Assembly (NCBI RefSeq): GCF_009914755.1
Contig: NC_060933.1
DNA length: 64,000 bases
From: the human T2T-CHM13v2.0 reference genome, Homo sapiens
Reading direction: 5' to 3' (one strand)
Of the stretch, positions 59,042 through 64,000 are shown piece after piece. Positions within the stretch are counted from its first letter, which is position 1. Each line of letters opens with the position of its first letter. Under the pieces are notes generated by a model. It saw only the letters and a program-made list of their open reading frames with translations. It was not told where the DNA came from and did not search any database. The translations under genes were made by a program, and so were the position numbers.

Positions 59042-62000
59042 GAATAGCCCATTTATTTTTTGCAGAGAAGCTAGACAATTCACAGTAACTTATGGCCTAG
59101 ACAATTTTGTTTCTTGATCAACACAACTCTTTATAGATGCCTGTGGTCCAAAAATGCGGATTCCTAATCGTCGCCAAAATGAAGGGATCCTCTGCAAGGC
59201 AACCTGGGAGGGAGTTTAGGATTGTTCTGAAGCAGTGAAAGTCATTGAGATTCACATGTAAGAGGGTAGAGAAAGGGAATCCACATGTTTTGATCCCTCC
59301 ATGTGCTGGATATAACTTGGTCTTCATTATATTGCACCACCTTTGGTGTCAGAGAGAACTGGATTTGAATCCCAGTTCCATCACTCATTATGATTTGATG
59401 GTGAATGTGTTTTTAACTCATCTGAGCCTCAGTTTGCTCATCTATAAAAGATGGGATTGTTATGAGACTTGCATAAGGTAAGTGTTTAAAAATCTGGGAA
59501 TAATCCCTGTAATTTAAAAGACGGGGTTGTGATGAGGCTTCAATAAGGTAAGTGTGTAATATCTGGACACAATGTTACTAATTTTGTAGGTTTTCAATAT
59601 ATAGAGAAGGAGGATTATTTTTCTCTCATTTAATTTTTAGAACAAGTTTATAAAATTGGTATTATTCATATTTTTGAGATAATCAAAGGATCACTAAGTT
59701 TAAATAAATCACCATAGTAACAAAGCAGTTCACAATATATTGACTGGATAATTGCTAGTGAAAAGTAGCAATGATGATCACATTGAAAATCTTGTGTTAG
59801 GTGGTGGTTTTCTCTTGCATAAGCCTCTTCATTTGTTGAAACCATAGATTCTAAGTTTGCTCTATCAAAGTGATCATTAGAAAAATATAATGTACTTAGT
59901 GTATAAATTTTAGAAAATTTCCTTTTTAGTCCTGTTATTTTGATTGAATATGTGCATTTTGAATTATGAATATAAATATGAATATGTATGGCATAAGAAA
60001 TATGACTTGACATCACAGAGTAACCTTAGATCGTGGCAATGTTTTTTTCTGAAAGCACCTGCAGAAATGTATCTTCTTTCTAGTTTCCAAAAAACTCAGA
60101 GGCCATGGGGGAAGAGGGGACTTTGGTGGTCAGATAGTGCATGAGGTACATTAGGATATAGTAATTGCATCATAATTCATATCCATAATTCACAGTGAGG
60201 AAACCTGAAATTTGCTACCAGCTACCAATAAATGAAAGGTGGGGCCGGGTCGCTGGGGGGCGCGGCTTTGTGAGCCAGTGCCTGGACTCCCACGTCACAA
60301 ATGGAAGGGCAGCGCGTGGAGGGAACTCAAGGCCTGATTGGTTCTTCCTAAGCAGGACACGATCAGGTTGGCACGGCAACCGGCCTTCAGTTGGTGGCCT
60401 TCAGTGGGTGCCTTAAGTTGGTGGCATTTGGTTGCCTTTCCTGGGGAGAGGCGGCAGGTGCTCAGCTCTGCAGACGTAGGGGCAAGCGAAGGCCCAAGCT
60501 GCCTCGAGAAGAGCAGAGATGCCCCATGGGGACCACGATGACGGGTCGCATGTGCACCAAAGCCAGCCCCCAGCAGGGCCAGCGCAGGGGTTCTGCGGGG
60601 CCGTCCTGTGGCTCTGATATCTATGAGTCGTCGGCCAGCAAAGGCACAGGCACCAGCAGAAAGGAGCAGAGACGCCCAGAACATGCTGTCCCCCAATGCC
60701 AGCCCCAAGCGGGGCCAGCTTAGGGTGCGGTGGGCAGAGCCATCCTGCAGCTCTGAGATCCACGAGGAGGAGGTGGGAGTAGCGCCAGGCTCCACTGCGT
60801 TGGAGCTCGCACAATTTGAGCCCAATTTGATTCCGGAGCCATGACTTGCAGCACATTGAAGACCAGAAGACGCCCAAAGGTAGGGAGGCGACAGATACCG
60901 CTTGGCCTCAGGAGCTCCTCTGGCCGTTGCTGAACCAAGGTTCCCCCAGAGACATCCACAGCCTGGAGCTCCTCCCTTCTTCACCTAGTTCCTTTCCTAG
61001 GCCCAGGCCCCAAGCATGAGGACTGGCACTGCCTGGCGTCTCCATCCCTTGGTCTTTCCCTGTTGCATCCAGCTGGTTTCTTTTCTCCTCCCTACCCATA
61101 TGCCCAGTTATGGGCCCTCTTCTTCTTCCTAGAGGCTGGCCAAAAACTAAGTTTTCAAAGTACAAAATGGATGCTACAGATTTCGTTGCTTTAGAGGAAA
61201 TGTCTGACGGCTCTTGTATTTAAACTTAAGTAGCTACACTGGGACTCACAGTTTCATATCTTGAGTTCTAGACCAGAGCTATCAACCCTAAAGCAACGGC
61301 AAGGGGTTAGAGGTACTCTTCTTGATTCGAATAATAAAAAATGATTTTTTTTTTGTAGGGACAAGGTCTCACTGTGTTGCCCAAGCTGGTCTCAAACCCC
61401 TGGCCACACTGCTGGGATGACAGGCAAGAGCCACCACACCTGGTCATTGGAGGTGCTCTTGCTTTGTGTGTTTCGGCTGGTCTTCAGGTGCAGCTGTCTG
61501 TAAGATGCTTCTGCAATATAGTTCTATGTCTTTCTGCACAGATTCAGTGGATCCTGTGTTTTTTTTACATGGAATAGCCCCTTTATTTTTTGCAGAGAAG
61601 CTAGATAATTCACAGTAACCTATGGCCTAGAAAATTTTATTTCTTGATCAACACAACTCTTTATAGATGCTTGTGGTCCAAAAATGCAGATTTCTAATCA
61701 TCCCCACGAATAAGGGGGCCATTGCAAGGCAACCTGGGAGGGAGTTTAGGATGTCTCTGAGGCAGTGAAAGCTATTGAAATTCCCACATGAGGGGGCAGA
61801 AAAGGGAATCCACATATTTTGATCCCTCCATGTTCTGGCTGTAACTTGGTGCTCGTTAAATTGCACCATTTTTGGCGTCAGAGAGAACCGGATTTGAATC
61901 CCAGTTCCATCCCTCATTATGATTTGATGGTGAATGTGTTTTTAACTCGTCTGAGCCTCAGTTTGCCGATCTATAAAAGATGTGATTGTTACGAGGCTTC

Positions 62001-62930
62001 CATAACGTACATGGGTAAATACCATGGCAAAATGCTTGTAATTTAAAAGAGAGCATTGTTAGGAGACTTGTATCCGGTAAGTATATAAAAACCTGGACAC
62101 AATGCCTATAATTTTGTAAGTGTTCAATATATGGAGAAGGAGGATTATTTTTCTTTCATTTAATTTTTAGAGCAACTTTATAAAATTGGTGATACTCATA
62201 TATTTGAGATAATCAAACCAAGGATCAGAAAGACTAAACAAATCACCATAGTCACAAAGCAGTTCACAATACATTTACTGGATAATTTCTAGTTAAAAGT
62301 AGCAATGATGATCACATTGAAAATCTTGTATTATCTGGTGGTTTTCTCTTACATAAGCTTCTTGGAATTTAGTAAGATAAGTTGCAGCTCAAAAAGCAGA
62401 TCTGTAGAATATTTTATTCCAGAGATTGTAGTGGGGGCCAAAGTATTGCATGAGTTTTGTTGGGAACAAGGTATAGGCTGAGAATCTAAGCATACTTCAG
62501 TTGGTGGTTTTCAGTTGGTGGGCAGTGGAAGAAGGAGGAGGAGCTCCGTCTGTGCTCTCTCTTCCCCCAGTCACAGCCCTCAGGCTTGTTGCATCCAGGC
62601 CCTTCTAAGTTAAAACAGACAGGTTGACAGGTTTATTTATAATTTAGCAGACAAGTCAGCTCAGGGTAGGCAGGTGAGGTGGGGTGTGGGCTGCTAGTAC
62701 AGTGCCGCCCTTTGACCCAGGGCTACCCATGCCCATGGGGCTATGCCATATATTATATATATAGTATTTTATATATATGTATATAAGCCTGTTGGTTTGT
62801 TAAAACCATGGATTGCTCTATCAACGTGATCTATCAACATGATCAACGTTGCTCTGTCAAAGCGATCATTAGAAAAATGTGATGTACTTAGTGTGTAAAT
62901 TTTAGAACATTTCTTCTGTTAGTCTGTTAA
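59042..62930 (+). repeat. Diverged tandem duplication, offset ~2530 bp (59042-~59935 vs 61572-~62930)
   Basis: Colinear match starting GAATAGCCC.TTTATTTTTTGCAGAGAAGCTAGA.AATTCACAGTAAC; paralogous ORFs 59118..59327/61648..61917 and 59245..59481/61819..62046. Confidence 0.92.
60235..60960 (+). promoter_or_regulatory. CpG/GC-rich promoter plus putative first exon of an unidentified gene or lncRNA
   Basis: GC box 60255-60265; CRE-like CCACGTCAC 60290-60298; ATTGG 60337-60341; X-box-like GTTGGCACGGCAAC 60367-60380; donor AAG|GTAGGG after 60879. Confidence 0.55.
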
Positions 62931-63039
62931 TACTCAATTCTTTTCTAAAACACCTAGCCCAAATCTCCACAGGTTTTAATCGAATTATATTATAATTTGG
63001 ATTTTCTGGTCTGCCTATCTTCCAAATAATAAAGTTCTT

Positions 63040-63525
63040 AAAATTAATTTTCTATTGCTGCCATAACAAATTTCCACAACTTTGTGGCTTAAATCAAAGA
63101 CTTACGACCCTATAGTTCTGTAGGGCAAACCTCTGACTGTGGTCTTACTGGGCTTAAGTCAAGGTGTTGTCAGGGCTGTATTGCTTTCTGGAGGCTCTAG
63201 AGAGAATCCATTTCCTTTTCCAACTTTTAGATGCTGTCCCTATTCCTTGGATCATGGGACCATCCCTCCATCTTCAAAGCTAGTAATGTGGGATGTCTGT
63301 GGCCATTGTTCTGTAGCCATATCACCTTCTGACTGTAGCTAGGAAAGATTATCTGATTTTATAGACACATGCAATTAGATTGGCTCCCAAGATAATCAAG
63401 GATAATCCCCCTAACTCAAGGGTTAATCACATCTCCAAAGTCCCTTTTGCCCCATGTAAAGTAATATGGTCACAGATTCCAGTGACTAGAACATCTTTAT
63501 GGGGTCATTATTTTGACTGTCACAA
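63040..63525 (-). mobile_element. MLT1-type MaLR LTR
   Basis: TTTCTATTGCTGCCATAACAAATT..CTTTCTGGAGGCTCTAGAGAGAATCC..GACTGTCACA. Confidence 0.8.
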
Positions 63526-63845
63526 AGGCAAAGTCTTGGACTTATGCATATCTAGATTTTCTTTGCTTAATTTCAGAGCCTAGAACACATTAGACTCTAA
63601 ATAAATGTGAGTGAGTGATAAATATTATATTTACAGATTGCTGCCACATTGCAATTCTGTCCTCCCACTGGTGGTGGAATCCTATGTACTTTTTACCATC
63701 TCCGTTTTGCATTCAGACTGAACATGGCTGTGTTACTCCTTTCACCTGGGTGATTTCAAACCATCTCTCTATTTCTATTTGTAGAGATCTTATCTATCAA
63801 GCCCTTCTCAAATGCCACTTCAAAAAACTTTTTCTAATCCCCAAT

Positions 63846-64000
63846 TGTCTTAGTCAATTTATGCTCTTACAACAAAATAACACAGACTAGGCAATTTATG
63901 AAAACCAGACATTTATCTGTCATAGTTCTGGAGACTAGGAAGTCCAAGATCAAGGCATTGGCAGGTCTGATGTCTGGTAAGGGCTGTTCTCTCCGTTCAA
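63846..64000 (-). mobile_element. MST-type MaLR LTR, cut by the window edge
   Basis: TGTCTTAGTC..GTTCTGGAGACTAGGAAGTCCAAGATCAAGG. Confidence 0.78.

Noticed and set aside
60295-60984. 229-aa minus-strand ORF
   Set aside because: No recognisable homology, GC-rich, non-ATG start; the promoter motifs and donor favour the plus strand.

Overview
Primate (human-like) non-coding, repeat-rich genomic DNA that looks like a mosaic of segmental duplications. The main gene-derived feature is a minus-strand, unprocessed, 3'-truncated FRG1 pseudogene: exons 1-5 with introns lie at ~24.3-43.8 kb, with a CpG-island promoter and no exons 6-9. It carries five disabling lesions. Two young (L1PA2/3-type) LINE-1 copies have twin-priming 5' inversions: a 1.5-kb copy at 12.2-13.8 kb, and a 5.3-kb copy in pseudogene intron 2 whose ORF2 is broken by a single stop. 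The rest is Alu, MIR, L2, old L1, MaLR LTR and DNA-transposon fossils plus microsatellites. At 59-63 kb there is an old tandem duplication with a ~2.5-kb offset. It surrounds an unidentified CpG-rich first-exon-like segment with germline-type promoter motifs, and its left edge is a templated-insertion breakpoint scar. No intact host protein-coding gene is supported. The best novelty candidates are the 59-63 kb unit, the apparent L1-L1 gene conversion tract, and the L1-created splice/polyA signals inside the FRG1 pseudogene. Repeat subfamily names and FRG1/L1 reference comparisons are from memory, not from a search.
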